Of a DNA stretch of 64,000 bases, positions 35,129 to 44,920 are shown piece after piece. Within the stretch, counting starts at the first letter, position 1, and every line of letters starts with the position of its first letter. A model generated the notes under the pieces. That model was not told the DNA's origin. It saw only the letters and a list, made by a program, of their open reading frames with translations, and ran no database searches. Source of the DNA: an uncultured Nitrospirota bacterium (GTDB taxonomy: Bacteria > CG2-30-53-67); contig CAMYMF010000014.1 of assembly GCA_947259355.1 (NCBI GenBank), positions 9,180-73,179 on the forward strand, written 5' to 3'. Position numbers and translations under genes: made by a program.

Positions 35129-35250
35129 TTGCCGAATGCGGCGTTACAGAAGATTTTCCGACATCGGAATATTCCAATATGCCTCCTGCCGGAAAATCTC
35201 CTGTGCCTTGCCTTCAGCACTTCCTCGGCCTGCAATCTCCGTGCTCGGCG
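35129..35250. repeat. degenerate, inverted copy of the AATATTGCA palindromic element (copy 3)
   Basis: gccgaatgcggcgttacagaagattttccgacatcggaatattccaatatgcctcctgccggaaaatctcctgtgccttgcc aligns by eye with the reverse complement of the copy-2 centre. Confidence 0.5.
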
Positions 35251-35331
35251 TACTTCTGCTCCGCTGCAGCGACGGGGGGCGCAGCGTAACGCAGCACATG
35301 GACTTCTTGCTGTGCCGTGGTATAACAAAGT

Positions 35332-35697
35332 GTCTCAAGCAGACCTGTAAGCCGGGTTCTGTATCCCGCAGACGCGGGACGGCAATCATTCATCTAGCCC
35401 TGACGTCGCCGTCAGGGTCAAGCGACCAGACCCGGAGGCTTCGGACGGGCCGCCCTCAAGCGCCTCCCTATTTGGTCTTGCTCCGGATGGGGTTTACCAG
35501 GCTGCCCGATCACCCGGACACCGGTGGGCTCTTACCCCACCATTTCACCGTTACCCCAGATCTTGCCCGGGGCTGTGTCTTTTCTGTGGCACTTTCCTTC
35601 CCGTCACCGGGACTTCCTGTTAGGAAGCATCCTGCCCTGCGGAGCCCGGACTTTCCTCCCCGGTCATGCCGGGGCGATTACCCGATCTGCTTGAGAC
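35332..35697 (-). ncRNA. rnpB: RNase P RNA, bacterial type A
   Basis: The reverse complement contains GGGAGGAAAGTCCGGGCTCC, GGTAAGAGCCCACC, GGAGCAAGACCAAATAGGG, CTAGATGAATGATTGCC and ACAGAACCCGGCTTA. P1 is formed by GTCTCAAGCAGA (5') with TCTGCTTGAGAC (3'). Confidence 0.93.
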
Positions 35698-35703
35698 GGC
35701 CCT

Positions 35704-35732
35704 ATTGTAGCTCGAAATGTGCGGATCGTAAA
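35704..35732 (-). promoter_or_regulatory. candidate sigma-70 promoter of rnpB
   Basis: On the minus strand: TTTACG, 17-nt spacer, TACAAT, ending 6 nt before the predicted P1 5' end. Confidence 0.45.
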
Positions 35733-35789
35733 GGGGCAGCAACGGGGGCAATCCTGGCGGGGGGTCCAGCGGTGCCAAGAGACATCTTC

Positions 35790-36212
35790 TCAGATGTTTC
35801 GAGCCCCGTTGCGGGTTGTGATGGCGCGGTTTGCCAGGGCGTCGGCCTCGGCGTTTTTCTCCCGGGGCACGTGGCAGACTTCAACACGCTCGAATTGAGC
35901 CATCAATGCCACGGCCCGGTCGTAGAGGTCTTTGAGATTGGGGTGCCGCACCTTGTAGAGTCCGTGCAGCTGCCGCACCAGCAGCTCCGAGTCCGAAGCC
36001 ATGCGCACCGCGTCAATCCCCTTCTCCCGGGCCAGATGAAGCCCCTGGATGAAGGCGGTGTATTCGGCCACGTTGTTGGTGGTTTCGCCAATATATTCGG
36101 CATGCTCGAAGAGGACCGTCCCCTGCTCGGTGCGGGCCACGACCCCGATGCCGGCGGGGCCGGGGTTGCCTTTGGCGGCGCCGTCGGTATGAATGACAGC
36201 TGTGCGAGGCAC
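35790..36212 (-). CDS. ribonuclease HI-family protein
   Basis: IHTDGAAKGNPGPAGIG..., NNVAEY, SDSELLV and REKNAEADALAN cover the DEDD catalytic residues of type 1 RNase H. Confidence 0.88.
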   Translation of the reverse strand: MPRTAVIHTDGAAKGNPGPAGIGVVARTEQGTVLFEHAEYIGETTNNVAEYTAFIQGLHLAREKGIDAVRMASDSELLVRQLHGLYKVRHPNLKDLYDRAVALMAQFERVEVCHVPREKNAEADALANRAITTRNGARNI

Positions 36213-36214
36213 GC

Positions 36215-36928
36215 CTAGGACTCCACGTAGAGGATGCGATTACAGAAGGAGCAGGTGATGACCGAATCGCCGCGCCGCACATCGTTGAAAAGCTGGGGCG
36301 GCAGGGTCATGTGGCAACCCCGACAGTTCCCATCGACGATTTGGACCACCGCCGGGCTTCCCTTGTAGAGCAGCACTTTGTCGTAGTGAGCCAGATAGCG
36401 CGCATCAATCCCCGCGGCGATGGTTTTCCTCTGTTGTTGCAGCTCCTCCGTTTCCGTGCGGAACGCCGCTGCGTCCCGCTCCATTTCCGCTTTCTTGGTC
36501 AGAAAGTTCTTTTCCTCTTCCGTGCACCGCTTGGTAAGATCCGCGGCCTCCTCCTGAAGTTCCTCCAGGGTGCCCATATTGGTCAGCAGCGTTTCCTCCA
36601 GCCGCTCTTTTTCCCGGTCCATGGTCTCGATCTCTTTCTGCAGTGCGAAATATTCTTTCTGTGTTGTGATGAGCGGCAGTTTTTCCGACGATTTCTGGAT
36701 CCGCTCCGTGTACTCGGCAATGCTTCCCTCCAGCGCGCGTGTGTCGCGCTGCAGTGTCTCCAAACGTTTGGCAACCGCATCTTTTCCCGCCTCCAGCGCG
36801 GTCAGCGGCTCGCGCACATTCTGGATGGCCTGGTTCAGGTCCTCCCGCTTGTCTTCAATCTCCTGGAGGCGGCTGTCGATTTCCTGCAGCCGGACCAGCC
36901 CGTTGAGATCTTCTTTGATGGCCATCAT
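36215..36928 (-). CDS. COG1579/DUF164 coiled-coil protein with a C4 zinc ribbon
   Basis: A long coiled coil followed by CRGCHMTLPP...CSFCNRIL. Confidence 0.8.
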   Translation of the reverse strand: MMAIKEDLNGLVRLQEIDSRLQEIEDKREDLNQAIQNVREPLTALEAGKDAVAKRLETLQRDTRALEGSIAEYTERIQKSSEKLPLITTQKEYFALQKEIETMDREKERLEETLLTNMGTLEELQEEAADLTKRCTEEEKNFLTKKAEMERDAAAFRTETEELQQQRKTIAAGIDARYLAHYDKVLLYKGSPAVVQIVDGNCRGCHMTLPPQLFNDVRRGDSVITCSFCNRILYVES

Positions 36929-36943
36929 TGTGCTCCTTTGCAG

Positions 36944-37750
36944 TTACACCGTTGTGAAGGGGTCCCGTTCCGACCGTGATGCATACACGGGCAATGTCTT
37001 TCCCAGACGGGACCGCAGGGCACGGCGGATTCTCTGGGTCAGTGACTTTCGAATTCCTTGCTCCGAGGGGAAATGTCCGATATCGAGCGTCGGAATGGTC
37101 TCCATCCGCAAGCAGAGGGCTTCATGGTACTTGATGTCCCCGGTAATGAACAGATCGGGGCGACACCGGATCACCTGCGGTATGAGCGCTGCGCCGCTGC
37201 CGCAGCAGAATGCGATGCGCCGTACCCCGCGCGGCGGTGCGCCAATGAGCCGCACGGCGTCCGTTTTCAGCGCGGCTTTCAAGGCGTCGAGGAATTGCCG
37301 GAAGCGCATGCGCTGCGGCAGTTCGCCGATCCCGCCGAAGCCGCGGGGCTCCTGGGGCGGGCCCTCTTGCAGCGGGGACCAGCTTGCCACGCCGAGGGTC
37401 TCACCCAGCAGGTCGTTGACGCCGCCCGCGGCCACATCGAGATTCGTGTGCGCGGCGTAGACGGAGATGCCTGCCGTCAGCAGATGCCCTAGGAGTCGTC
37501 CCGTGGCCGTGTCCGTCTCGATGCGCTGCAGGGGATGAAAGAAGAGAGGGTGGTGGGCCACAATGAGGTTGGCCTTCTTTCGCGCGGCCTCACTCACAAC
37601 CTCTTCGGTCACGTCGAGGGACACCAGGATGGATGCGACGGGCGCATCGGGCGAGCCGACCTGCAGGCCCGTGTTGTCCCACGGGGCAGCCAACTGCGGC
37701 GGCGCCATCTCTTCCAGCGCCTCTACGATCTTTTTGAGCGGTACAGTCAC
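36944..37750 (-). CDS. Nif3-like dinuclear metal-centre protein (YbgI/GTP cyclohydrolase 1 type 2 homolog)
   Basis: WDNTGLQVG, IVAHHPLFF, YAAHTNLD, FITGDIKYH. I chose the GTG at 37750 (VTVPLKKIVEALEE...) so that the CDS clears the upstream terminator hairpin. Confidence 0.85.
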   Translation of the reverse strand: MTVPLKKIVEALEEMAPPQLAAPWDNTGLQVGSPDAPVASILVSLDVTEEVVSEAARKKANLIVAHHPLFFHPLQRIETDTATGRLLGHLLTAGISVYAAHTNLDVAAGGVNDLLGETLGVASWSPLQEGPPQEPRGFGGIGELPQRMRFRQFLDALKAALKTDAVRLIGAPPRGVRRIAFCCGSGAALIPQVIRCRPDLFITGDIKYHEALCLRMETIPTLDIGHFPSEQGIRKSLTQRIRRALRSRLGKTLPVYASRSERDPFTTV

Positions 37751-37755
37751 GGCAC

Positions 37756-37790
37756 AAAAAAAATGCACTTTAGAGACTAAAGTGCATTTT
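37756..37790 (-). terminator. rho-independent terminator after tRNA-Met(CAU)
   Basis: Perfect 13-bp stem AAAATGCACTTTA/TAAAGTGCATTTT with a 5-nt loop. On the minus strand it is followed by a T-run. Confidence 0.6.
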
Positions 37791-37864
37791 CAACGAAACC
37801 ACGCCGGTTCGATAGAATAGGGTCAGCGTATCGGGTATCATGGCGCGTCTCTTAGCAATGCGAT

Positions 37865-37941
37865 TGGTGGGCCCACCAGGATTCGAACCTGGGACCAACC
37901 GGTTATGAGCCGGTGGCTCTAACCAGCTGAGCTATGGGCCC
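37865..37941 (-). tRNA. tRNA with CAU anticodon (elongator Met or lysidine-modified Ile2)
   Basis: 77-nt cloverleaf: acceptor GGGCCCA/TGGGCCC, anticodon stem ACCGG/CCGGT, loop CTCATAA, T-arm CCAGG-TTCGAAT-CCTGG, encoded CCA. A paired 1:72 position and the lack of a GGG/CCC anticodon stem argue against an initiator. Confidence 0.9.
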
Positions 37942-38086
37942 GATGATTTCCGGCCGAGCATCTTCGCACTCGGAAATCTTCAGGGCAAAAATTAACAAAA
38001 TAGCTTAGCCAATTCGAGTCGTCCTTGTCAAGGTTTTTCTCGGGTCTCGCACCCTCGGTCAGTGCCGGCATACGTCCATGGCCGGG

Positions 38087-39946
38087 TTAATTACCGCTCC
38101 CGCTGCCCCCGCCTTCGATGAAGGCTTTCAGAATACGGCTCCGGGTGGGATGACGGAGTTTGCGCAGGGCCTTGGCTTCAATCTGTCGGATCCGCTCGCG
38201 CGTCACATTGAACTCCTGTCCCACCTCTTCCAGTGTGTGGTCAGTGGCCTCCCCGATGCCGAAGCGCTTTCTGAGCACTCGCTCCTCGCGGGGGGTGAGG
38301 GTCTGCAGCACCCGTCCCACCGTCTCCTGCAAATTGATCTTGACCACCGCTTCCGAAGGGGACATGATCTTCTTGTCCTCGATGAAGTCGCCCAGATGGC
38401 TGTCTTCCTCCTCCCCCACAGGGGTTTCCAGGGAGATAGGTTCCTTGGCGATCTTGAGCACCTTCCGGACCTTCTCCAGAGGCAGATCCATCTCCTTGGA
38501 AATCTCCTCCGGCGTCGGTTCGCGCCCCATCTCCTGCACCAGCAGCCGGGAGGTCCGAATCAGCTTGTTGATGGTCTCAATCATGTGAACGGGGATCCGA
38601 ATCGTCCGTGCCTGGTCCGCAATGGCCCGGGTGATGGCCTGGCGGATCCACCATGTGGCATAGGTGCTGAACTTGTAGCCCCGCCGGTATTCAAACTTGT
38701 CCACAGCCTTCATAAGGCCGATATTGCCTTCCTGGATAAGATCCAGAAACTGGAGGCCCCGATTGGTGTACTTTTTCGCGATACTCACCACCAGCCTGAG
38801 ATTGGCTTCCACCATTTCCGCCTTGGCGCTCTGAGCTTCTGTCTCCCCGGCCTTGAGCTTTCTGAGCGCCTTGCGAAAGTATTCGGGGCTTTCCCGGTAA
38901 CGCCTTTCGATGAGGTGAAGCTGCTTCTGTGCTTTTTTCACTCGCAGTCCAATGAGCTTCAGCCGCTCCGGTTTGACCCGAGCAGCCTTTTCGATTCGCT
39001 TGGTCTTGACACTCGTGCGTTTGGCATTGGAGTAGGCCAGAATATCGGCCACGGGGAGGCGGGCCGCCTTTTCGCTCAGCTTAACCTCGCGGTTCAGCAT
39101 GGCAATACGATCCACAATGGCCCGGAGCCGCCGGGTAAAACGGTCGATCTGGTCCGGATGAAAGTCCAGTTGGCGGATCTTGGCGCGCATCTTTTCCTTC
39201 GCGGCCGCGATCTCTTGCTGGTACTTCTCCCGGGTCGCTTTGCGTTTGATCCTGGGGTCTTCCACGCGCACCCAGAGGTAATGCAGATGCTCCGAGAGTT
39301 CCCGGATATCGTCGATGACGATCAGGGTCTGCTCTTTGAGTTTGCTGTCGGAACTGCCTCCGGAGAAATCTTCGTAGTCGTCGTCGGTGCCGCAAACGAC
39401 ATCGCGGATGTAGATCTTGCCCTTGCGGAGCCGCTTGCCGAGAGAGAGGATCATGGGGTAGATGAAGAGGGACTCCATGAGGACCTCGGTAATCTTCTTC
39501 TGGCCCGCTTCGATGCGTTTGGCGATGCGGATCTCGCCTTCCCGGTTGAGAAGCGGAATGGTCCCCATCTCCTTCAGATAGAGCCGGACGGGATCATCCG
39601 TTTTTCCCACGGCACCGGGGGAGAGGTCCAACTGCATCTCCTCTTCTTCGTCGTCCGAGGAGCTTGCTTCTTGGTCTTCTTTGAAATTGGTGTCGACGCC
39701 CTCGATCTCGTTCTCCTCCCGTTCAGTCGGAACCTTGCGATCGCTCTCGCCCTCGTTGTCCGAAGAGACGTCGGTCACTTCGATGTTCATATCTGCAAAC
39801 ATCATGATAAGCTCATCGATCTGATCCGACGAGACCATCTCCTCCGGAAGCGCATCGTTGAGGTCGTCGTAGGTCAGAACGCCTTTTTCCTTCCCGAGAA
39901 CAATCAACGATTTAATCTCCGGAATCTTCTTCAATCTTTTTGACAT
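38087..39946 (-). CDS. rpoD: RNA polymerase sigma factor RpoD (sigma-70)
   Basis: Region 2 [27 protein letters not shown], region 4 LREATLDE-type C-terminus, and an acidic region 1. ATG at 39946 after GGAGGGA. Confidence 0.95.
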   Translation of the reverse strand: MSKRLKKIPEIKSLIVLGKEKGVLTYDDLNDALPEEMVSSDQIDELIMMFADMNIEVTDVSSDNEGESDRKVPTEREENEIEGVDTNFKEDQEASSSDDEEEEMQLDLSPGAVGKTDDPVRLYLKEMGTIPLLNREGEIRIAKRIEAGQKKITEVLMESLFIYPMILSLGKRLRKGKIYIRDVVCGTDDDYEDFSGGSSDSKLKEQTLIVIDDIRELSEHLHYLWVRVEDPRIKRKATREKYQQEIAAAKEKMRAKIRQLDFHPDQIDRFTRRLRAIVDRIAMLNREVKLSEKAARLPVADILAYSNAKRTSVKTKRIEKAARVKPERLKLIGLRVKKAQKQLHLIERRYRESPEYFRKALRKLKAGETEAQSAKAEMVEANLRLVVSIAKKYTNRGLQFLDLIQEGNIGLMKAVDKFEYRRGYKFSTYATWWIRQAITRAIADQARTIRIPVHMIETINKLIRTSRLLVQEMGREPTPEEISKEMDLPLEKVRKVLKIAKEPISLETPVGEEEDSHLGDFIEDKKIMSPSEAVVKINLQETVGRVLQTLTPREERVLRKRFGIGEATDHTLEEVGQEFNVTRERIRQIEAKALRKLRHPTRSRILKAFIEGGGSGSGN

Positions 39947-39977
39947 GCCCACGGGTCCCTCCGCCCGGATCGGATGT

Positions 39978-41735
39978 CTACTTGAGACACTCGATCTGCC
40001 GGTTAAGTTGGTTGATTTGATCCATCAGTCGGGTCACTTCGGGATGCCTCCCTTCCTTCTCGGCAAGGCTGACCTCGGACTGTAGTTTTTTCCGCTGGCG
40101 TTTCAGGTGCTCCAGTTCCAGGCGCTGCACGGAGCCCTTCAGGTCAAAGGGTTCTCTCTCCTCGATGGCGTAGCGCCGAATCTCGGCGGTAAGCGCCGCG
40201 TCTTCGGCCAGCATGCCCGACAGGGTCGTCCGCCCGGGGGCGTCCTGGGGGGGCAGTGTAAAGAGCCGCTGCACAAACGAGCGAAGCCCCCCGTGCCCAA
40301 AGAGGTTCGGCGAGATCGCTTCCCGCACCTCCGGTATGAGGTCCGGATGATTTACCAGATGGCCCACGAACTGGCCCTCGAGCCTCGGGATGCTTTCGGT
40401 CGGCGCGGTCGGCCGGGTGGGTTGCTTCCCGGCCCCGCGGGGGGCCCCCCGCGGGCTTGTCCGCAGACCTTTCTTGAGTACCTGGGCCTCAATCTCGAGC
40501 ATGGCGGCCACTTTCTGCAGGTAGAGCTCCTGCTCTACAGGATTCGGAATAGCCGCCAAGAGGGGGCTTAAACGCTCGGCGGCGGCCACTTTGCCTTCCA
40601 ACCCTCGCGGAAGCTCTTGACACCGGACTTGGGCTATCATGAAATCCATGAGCGGCTCCGCCTGGGCCATCCGCTTGGCGAAGCCTTCCTTGCCCGCGGC
40701 CCGGATGAAGCTGTCCGGATCCTCCCCCGGCGGCAGCGTGACGACCTTTATCTTCATGCCCGCAGGCACACAAAGATCAAAACATCGGGCCGCCGCCTTG
40801 GCGCCGGCGGTGTCGGCGTCGAAGAATAGCGCCAGATTCCGTGAGTAGCGGCGAAGCCTCCGGATATGCCCTGCGGTCAGCGACGTACCGAGGGTGGCCA
40901 CAATGTTTCGAATCCCGTACTGGTGGGCCGTGACCACGTCCATGTACCCCTCGACGAGAACGGCGTAGTCCAGTTTGCGAATCGACTGACCCGCTGCATG
41001 CAGCCCGTAAAGGGTCGTCCCCTTGTCGAAGACCGGCGTCTCGGGGGAGTTGAGATACTTGGGCAGAGTGTCGTCCAGCACCCGTCCGCCGAAGCCGACG
41101 ATCCGATCGTACGTGTCGGCAATGGGGAACATGATGCGATGGCGAAACCGGTCGTACCAGCCCGATCCTTGTTTGCGGCGCAGCACCAGCCCGGCACGCT
41201 CCATCTCGCTCTCCCGAAAGCCTTCCTTCCGGAGACGGGGGTAGAGGCTGTCCCAGCTGTCGGGTGCGTACCCGATGGAAAAGGTGCTCAGCACCGTCTC
41301 CGACACGCCCCGCCCGCGCAGATAAGCATTGGCTTTCTCACTTGTGGCGCGCGTCTTTACAAAAAAATCGGCCGCCATTGTGTTCATCTCAAAGATCCGT
41401 TCCCGCTCCCTGTGTTGTGCCGCTTCCCGGGGGGATCGCTCCACGGTGGGCAGCGGTTTGCCGCATCGTTGAGCCAGTGCCCGGACCGCATCGGGAAAGG
41501 CCCGGTTTTCATATTGCATCAAGAACCGGAAAACATCCCCCCCTTCACCGCATCCGAAGCAGTGAAAAATCTGCTTCGAGGGACTTACCATGAACGACGG
41601 CGTCTTCTCCGAATGAAAGGGACAGAGCCCTTTGTAATTGCTCCCGCTTTTCTTGAGGGAGACATAGTTCGAGATGACCTCCGTGATATCATTGGCTTCC
41701 CGGACTTCACGTATAAACGGCTCAGGGTACAGCAT
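39978..41735 (-). CDS. dnaG: DNA primase
   Basis: Zinc finger [26 protein letters not shown], and TOPRIM (EGYMDV...FDADTAG). Confidence 0.93.
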   Translation of the reverse strand: MLYPEPFIREVREANDITEVISNYVSLKKSGSNYKGLCPFHSEKTPSFMVSPSKQIFHCFGCGEGGDVFRFLMQYENRAFPDAVRALAQRCGKPLPTVERSPREAAQHRERERIFEMNTMAADFFVKTRATSEKANAYLRGRGVSETVLSTFSIGYAPDSWDSLYPRLRKEGFRESEMERAGLVLRRKQGSGWYDRFRHRIMFPIADTYDRIVGFGGRVLDDTLPKYLNSPETPVFDKGTTLYGLHAAGQSIRKLDYAVLVEGYMDVVTAHQYGIRNIVATLGTSLTAGHIRRLRRYSRNLALFFDADTAGAKAAARCFDLCVPAGMKIKVVTLPPGEDPDSFIRAAGKEGFAKRMAQAEPLMDFMIAQVRCQELPRGLEGKVAAAERLSPLLAAIPNPVEQELYLQKVAAMLEIEAQVLKKGLRTSPRGAPRGAGKQPTRPTAPTESIPRLEGQFVGHLVNHPDLIPEVREAISPNLFGHGGLRSFVQRLFTLPPQDAPGRTTLSGMLAEDAALTAEIRRYAIEEREPFDLKGSVQRLELEHLKRQRKKLQSEVSLAEKEGRHPEVTRLMDQINQLNRQIECLK

Positions 41736-41750
41736 GCTCCATGGCCTCTT

Positions 41751-44090
41751 TCACGACTGCAGCTCCACCATCGTGACGCCAGCACCTCCCTCGCCCGGTG
41801 CGCCGGAGCGGAAACCGCTCACCAGCGGATGGGCCTTCAGAATCTGTGCCACCGCCTCCCGCAGCGCGCCCGTTCCAAGACCGTGAATGATCTGTATGTG
41901 GCGCAGGTGTGCGAGATGGGCCCGGTCGATGTAGTGTTCGGTCTTCCGTTTGGCCTCCTCCACGCGCAGACCGATGAGATTCAAGCTTGCGCCAACGGTT
42001 TCCTCAGCCTCTCCCTGCGTCTCAAGGACCATCTTCACGCGCGCCTTCTGAGGGGCCTCGGCAATCTCTTTCAGCCGGTTGCGCGGCACCTCCATCCGGA
42101 CGGCATCACAGAGCACCTGTACCCGATCGTTCTTGGCAGGTCCGTCCAGGACGACGCCCCGCTGCTTGGTGCCCACGATTTCGACCAGCGCGCCGGGGCG
42201 GATGGCTCCGTCGCTCGCAGGCTCCGCCGCTGGAGGGGGCGGGGCGTGCGTCTCCAGTTCCGCCTCGAGATGAGCCAGTTCCCGGTCCAACTCGCGGCGA
42301 TGGGCCTGCTCCGCAAGTTTTAGAATCTGGCGTGCGCGCCGTTTGAGTCGCTGCAGCTGCTCCCGAGCTTCCGCCACGATCGTGCGTGCTGTCTGTTGGG
42401 CGGCCTCTTGCTGGCCTCTTGCCGCTGTTTCAACGACCTCCAGAGCACTCCGCTCCCGGGCCAGCTCTCGCCGGACCTCACGGTTCTTGCGGATCCCAGA
42501 CTCCAGCTCTTCGATGAGCTGAGAGGTGCTCCGGTCTCGGTCTGACATGGCCTGCCGGGCTCGCGCCAAGACCTGGGGCGGAAGCCCGATCCGTTCGGAG
42601 ATTTCCAAGGCATGGCTCGTACCGAGATGTCCGTACTCCAGGACATAGGCCGGACAGAGTCCGTCGGTGTCGAAAGCCACCGAGGCGTTCATCATTCCGT
42701 CGGTGCGATAGGCGTGCTGCTTGATCTCCTCATAATGGGTTGTCGCCGCCGTGAGCGCGCCGCGCCGATGCAGTGCTTCGAGAATAGCAATCCCCAGGGC
42801 TGCGCCTTCGCGGGGGTCGGTGCCGGTGCCCAACTCATCCAGGAGCACCAGAGATTCGGGGTCGGCCTCCCGCAGGACCCGCACAATGGTGCGCATGTGC
42901 GATGAGAAAGTGCTCAGATCCTCCTGAATGTTCTGCTCATCACCGATATCGGCAAACACTTTGGGGAACACGCCCGTGGCACTTCCCTCCTCGACGGGAA
43001 TGGGAATGCCGGCCTGCACCATGAGCGCCAGGAGGCCCAGGGTCTTGAGCGCCACCGTCTTGCCGCCTGTATTGGGACCGGTAATGATCAGGGTACGCCA
43101 GTCTGCCCCAAGTCGCAGGTCGACCGGGACGACGGCGTCGCTGCCCGGGATGGCGGCACGTTGATCGCAGAGAAGGGGATGACGGGCCCCCTTGAAATGA
43201 ATCGATCTCTCCCCGTGCACCTCTGGAATCACGGCGCGGAACCGCTCGGCAAAGAGCGCTTTTGCCAGATGGGCATCCATGGCGGCCAGCACGGCGATGT
43301 TGCGATGGAGCGCGGCCTGCTCTGATCTCACTTCCCCGGTGAGCCGCAAGAGGATACGCCGGACCTCCTGGGCTTCATCGGAGACGAGCTGCAAGAGACG
43401 GTTATTCATATCCACCGTATCGGACGGCTCCACGTACAATGTGGCCCGGCTTGCGGAGCGGTCGTGAACGATCCCCTCGATTCTCGTCGAGAAGTCGGGC
43501 TTCAGCGGAATAACGTAACGGCCGTTGCGCAGGGTGATCAGCTTCTCCTGGACGACCCGCTCCAACCGCTGGGAAGCCAGGAGCCCCTCCAGTCGCTTTC
43601 GAATCCGCTCGCGGTGGATGCCGATCTGTCTCCGGATTGCCGCCAGCTCCGGCGAGGCCGTGTCCCGGACCTCTCCCGCGTCATCAATGGCTGTGGAAAT
43701 TTCTCCACCCAGCTCCCGCAGTGGGGCGACATCCTGCAGCGCTTGCCACAGGAGGGCAAAGGCTTTGTCCACTGCCTGTCGCACGGCCTGTCCCGTCTTG
43801 ACAACCCGCAAAATGGAAAGGAGCGCCTTGCCGTCGAGGATGGCGCCTGCCACCCGGGCGGTATCAAGCAACGGGCGGATTTCTTCACAGCCTCCCAGGG
43901 GCGGCCTGCCCGACGAGGCGACGAGCTCCTGCATCTCCGCCACGCAGGCGAGCAGATGTCGTACGTGCTCCGGACGATTCTGGACGGTGAGGTTCTCTAT
44001 CTCTGTCACTCCGAGGGGTGAAGAGGCATATTGCTTGAGAATATCCCGGACACGATCAAACTCGAGAGTTTGAGTGCTCAGCGGATCCAT
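41751..44090 (-). CDS. mutS2: endonuclease MutS2 (MutS domain plus C-terminal Smr)
   Basis: Walker A GPNTGGKT, DELGTGTDP, and Smr IIHGLGTGALREAV. ATG at 44090 (MDPLSTQTLEF). Confidence 0.92.
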   Translation of the reverse strand: MDPLSTQTLEFDRVRDILKQYASSPLGVTEIENLTVQNRPEHVRHLLACVAEMQELVASSGRPPLGGCEEIRPLLDTARVAGAILDGKALLSILRVVKTGQAVRQAVDKAFALLWQALQDVAPLRELGGEISTAIDDAGEVRDTASPELAAIRRQIGIHRERIRKRLEGLLASQRLERVVQEKLITLRNGRYVIPLKPDFSTRIEGIVHDRSASRATLYVEPSDTVDMNNRLLQLVSDEAQEVRRILLRLTGEVRSEQAALHRNIAVLAAMDAHLAKALFAERFRAVIPEVHGERSIHFKGARHPLLCDQRAAIPGSDAVVPVDLRLGADWRTLIITGPNTGGKTVALKTLGLLALMVQAGIPIPVEEGSATGVFPKVFADIGDEQNIQEDLSTFSSHMRTIVRVLREADPESLVLLDELGTGTDPREGAALGIAILEALHRRGALTAATTHYEEIKQHAYRTDGMMNASVAFDTDGLCPAYVLEYGHLGTSHALEISERIGLPPQVLARARQAMSDRDRSTSQLIEELESGIRKNREVRRELARERSALEVVETAARGQQEAAQQTARTIVAEAREQLQRLKRRARQILKLAEQAHRRELDRELAHLEAELETHAPPPPAAEPASDGAIRPGALVEIVGTKQRGVVLDGPAKNDRVQVLCDAVRMEVPRNRLKEIAEAPQKARVKMVLETQGEAEETVGASLNLIGLRVEEAKRKTEHYIDRAHLAHLRHIQIIHGLGTGALREAVAQILKAHPLVSGFRSGAPGEGGAGVTMVELQS

Positions 44091-44178
44091 TGGAACAAAT
44101 CCATTGTACCTGGGCAACGCCGTTGGTGCCGGGTTGCACTGCGCTCCAAAAGAAAGAGGGGGCACCCGGCCCCCTCCT

Positions 44179-44622
44179 TCAGGAGAGCAAATCCCGGACG
44201 AGCTGTTGCACCTCTTTCCCGTCGGCTCTCCCGCCGACGTCTGCCATGACCTGCTTCATCACCGCGCCCATATCCTTCACCGATGTGGCCCCGACGGCGG
44301 CGACGGCCTTTTCGATGACCTGCTTCAATTCATCCGGGGAGAGCTGTTGGGGTAGATACTCAAGAATAATCTGGAGTTCTCTGGTTTCTTTCTGGACCAA
44401 ATCGTCCCGACCGCCCTTCTTAAACTGGGCGATCGATTCGCGACGCTGTTTGGCTGCCTTCGAGATTAGAGTGAGAATGGCGTTGTCTTCAAGGGGGCGT
44501 CCCTCTTGAATCTCAAGGTTCTTGATCTCAGATCGAATCATCCGGAGAACGGACAGGCGCTCCCTGTTCTTCTCCTTCATGGCGGATGTCATCTCCGCCT
44601 CGAGTCTGTTCTTGAGGGCCAT
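44179..44622 (-). CDS. GatB/YqeY domain-containing protein
   Basis: MALKNRLEAEMTSAMKEKN...LSVLRMIRSEIKN is the typical YqeY N-terminus. RBS AGGAGA. Confidence 0.85.
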   Translation of the reverse strand: MALKNRLEAEMTSAMKEKNRERLSVLRMIRSEIKNLEIQEGRPLEDNAILTLISKAAKQRRESIAQFKKGGRDDLVQKETRELQIILEYLPQQLSPDELKQVIEKAVAAVGATSVKDMGAVMKQVMADVGGRADGKEVQQLVRDLLS

Positions 44623-44636
44623 TCATCTCCTGCCGA

Positions 44637-44834
44637 CTACTTCTTCATGTATCTCTGGGCCTTCAGCGCTTTCTTGCGAGCGGCGAGTGCTTTCTTCTTT
44701 TTTCTAATCGACGGTTTTTCGTAGTGTTCGCGTTTTCGCACCTCGGAGAGAATCCCTGTCTTTTCACAGAGCTTCTTGAACCTCCGCAACGCGGCTTCGA
44801 AATTTTCACCTTCTCTCAGCCTGACTCCGACCAT
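44637..44834 (-). CDS. rpsU: 30S ribosomal protein S21
   Basis: 65 aa: [12 protein letters not shown]...HYEKPS...RKKK. RBS AGGAGG. Confidence 0.93.
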   Translation of the reverse strand: MVGVRLREGENFEAALRRFKKLCEKTGILSEVRKREHYEKPSIRKKKKALAARKKALKAQRYMKK

Positions 44835-44872
44835 TCATTTTTCGCCTCCTTCCTGTTTTAAGCTAAATTAAC

Positions 44873-44901
44873 AATATATCCGCTGACTTAATCGCTGTCA
44901 A
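44873..44901 (-). promoter_or_regulatory. candidate sigma-70 promoter of rpsU operon
   Basis: On the minus strand: TTGACA (44901-44896), 17-nt spacer, TATATT (44878-44873). Confidence 0.5.
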
Positions 44902-44920
44902 GTTAAAATTATGATTTTTA

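Noticed and set aside
35136-36218. 360-aa + strand ORF
   Set aside because: It spans the repeat copy and the whole RNase P RNA gene, and is antisense to the RNase H gene. It is not coding.
37865-37941. Initiator tRNA-fMet
   Set aside because: Position 1:72 is a normal G-C pair, and the anticodon stem lacks the three consecutive G-C pairs of bacterial initiators.
38078-39943. 621-aa + strand ORF mirroring rpoD
   Set aside because: It is the exact antisense of an unmistakable sigma-70 gene, with no recognisable domain.
40866-42323. 485-aa + strand ORF
   Set aside because: Antisense to dnaG and mutS2.
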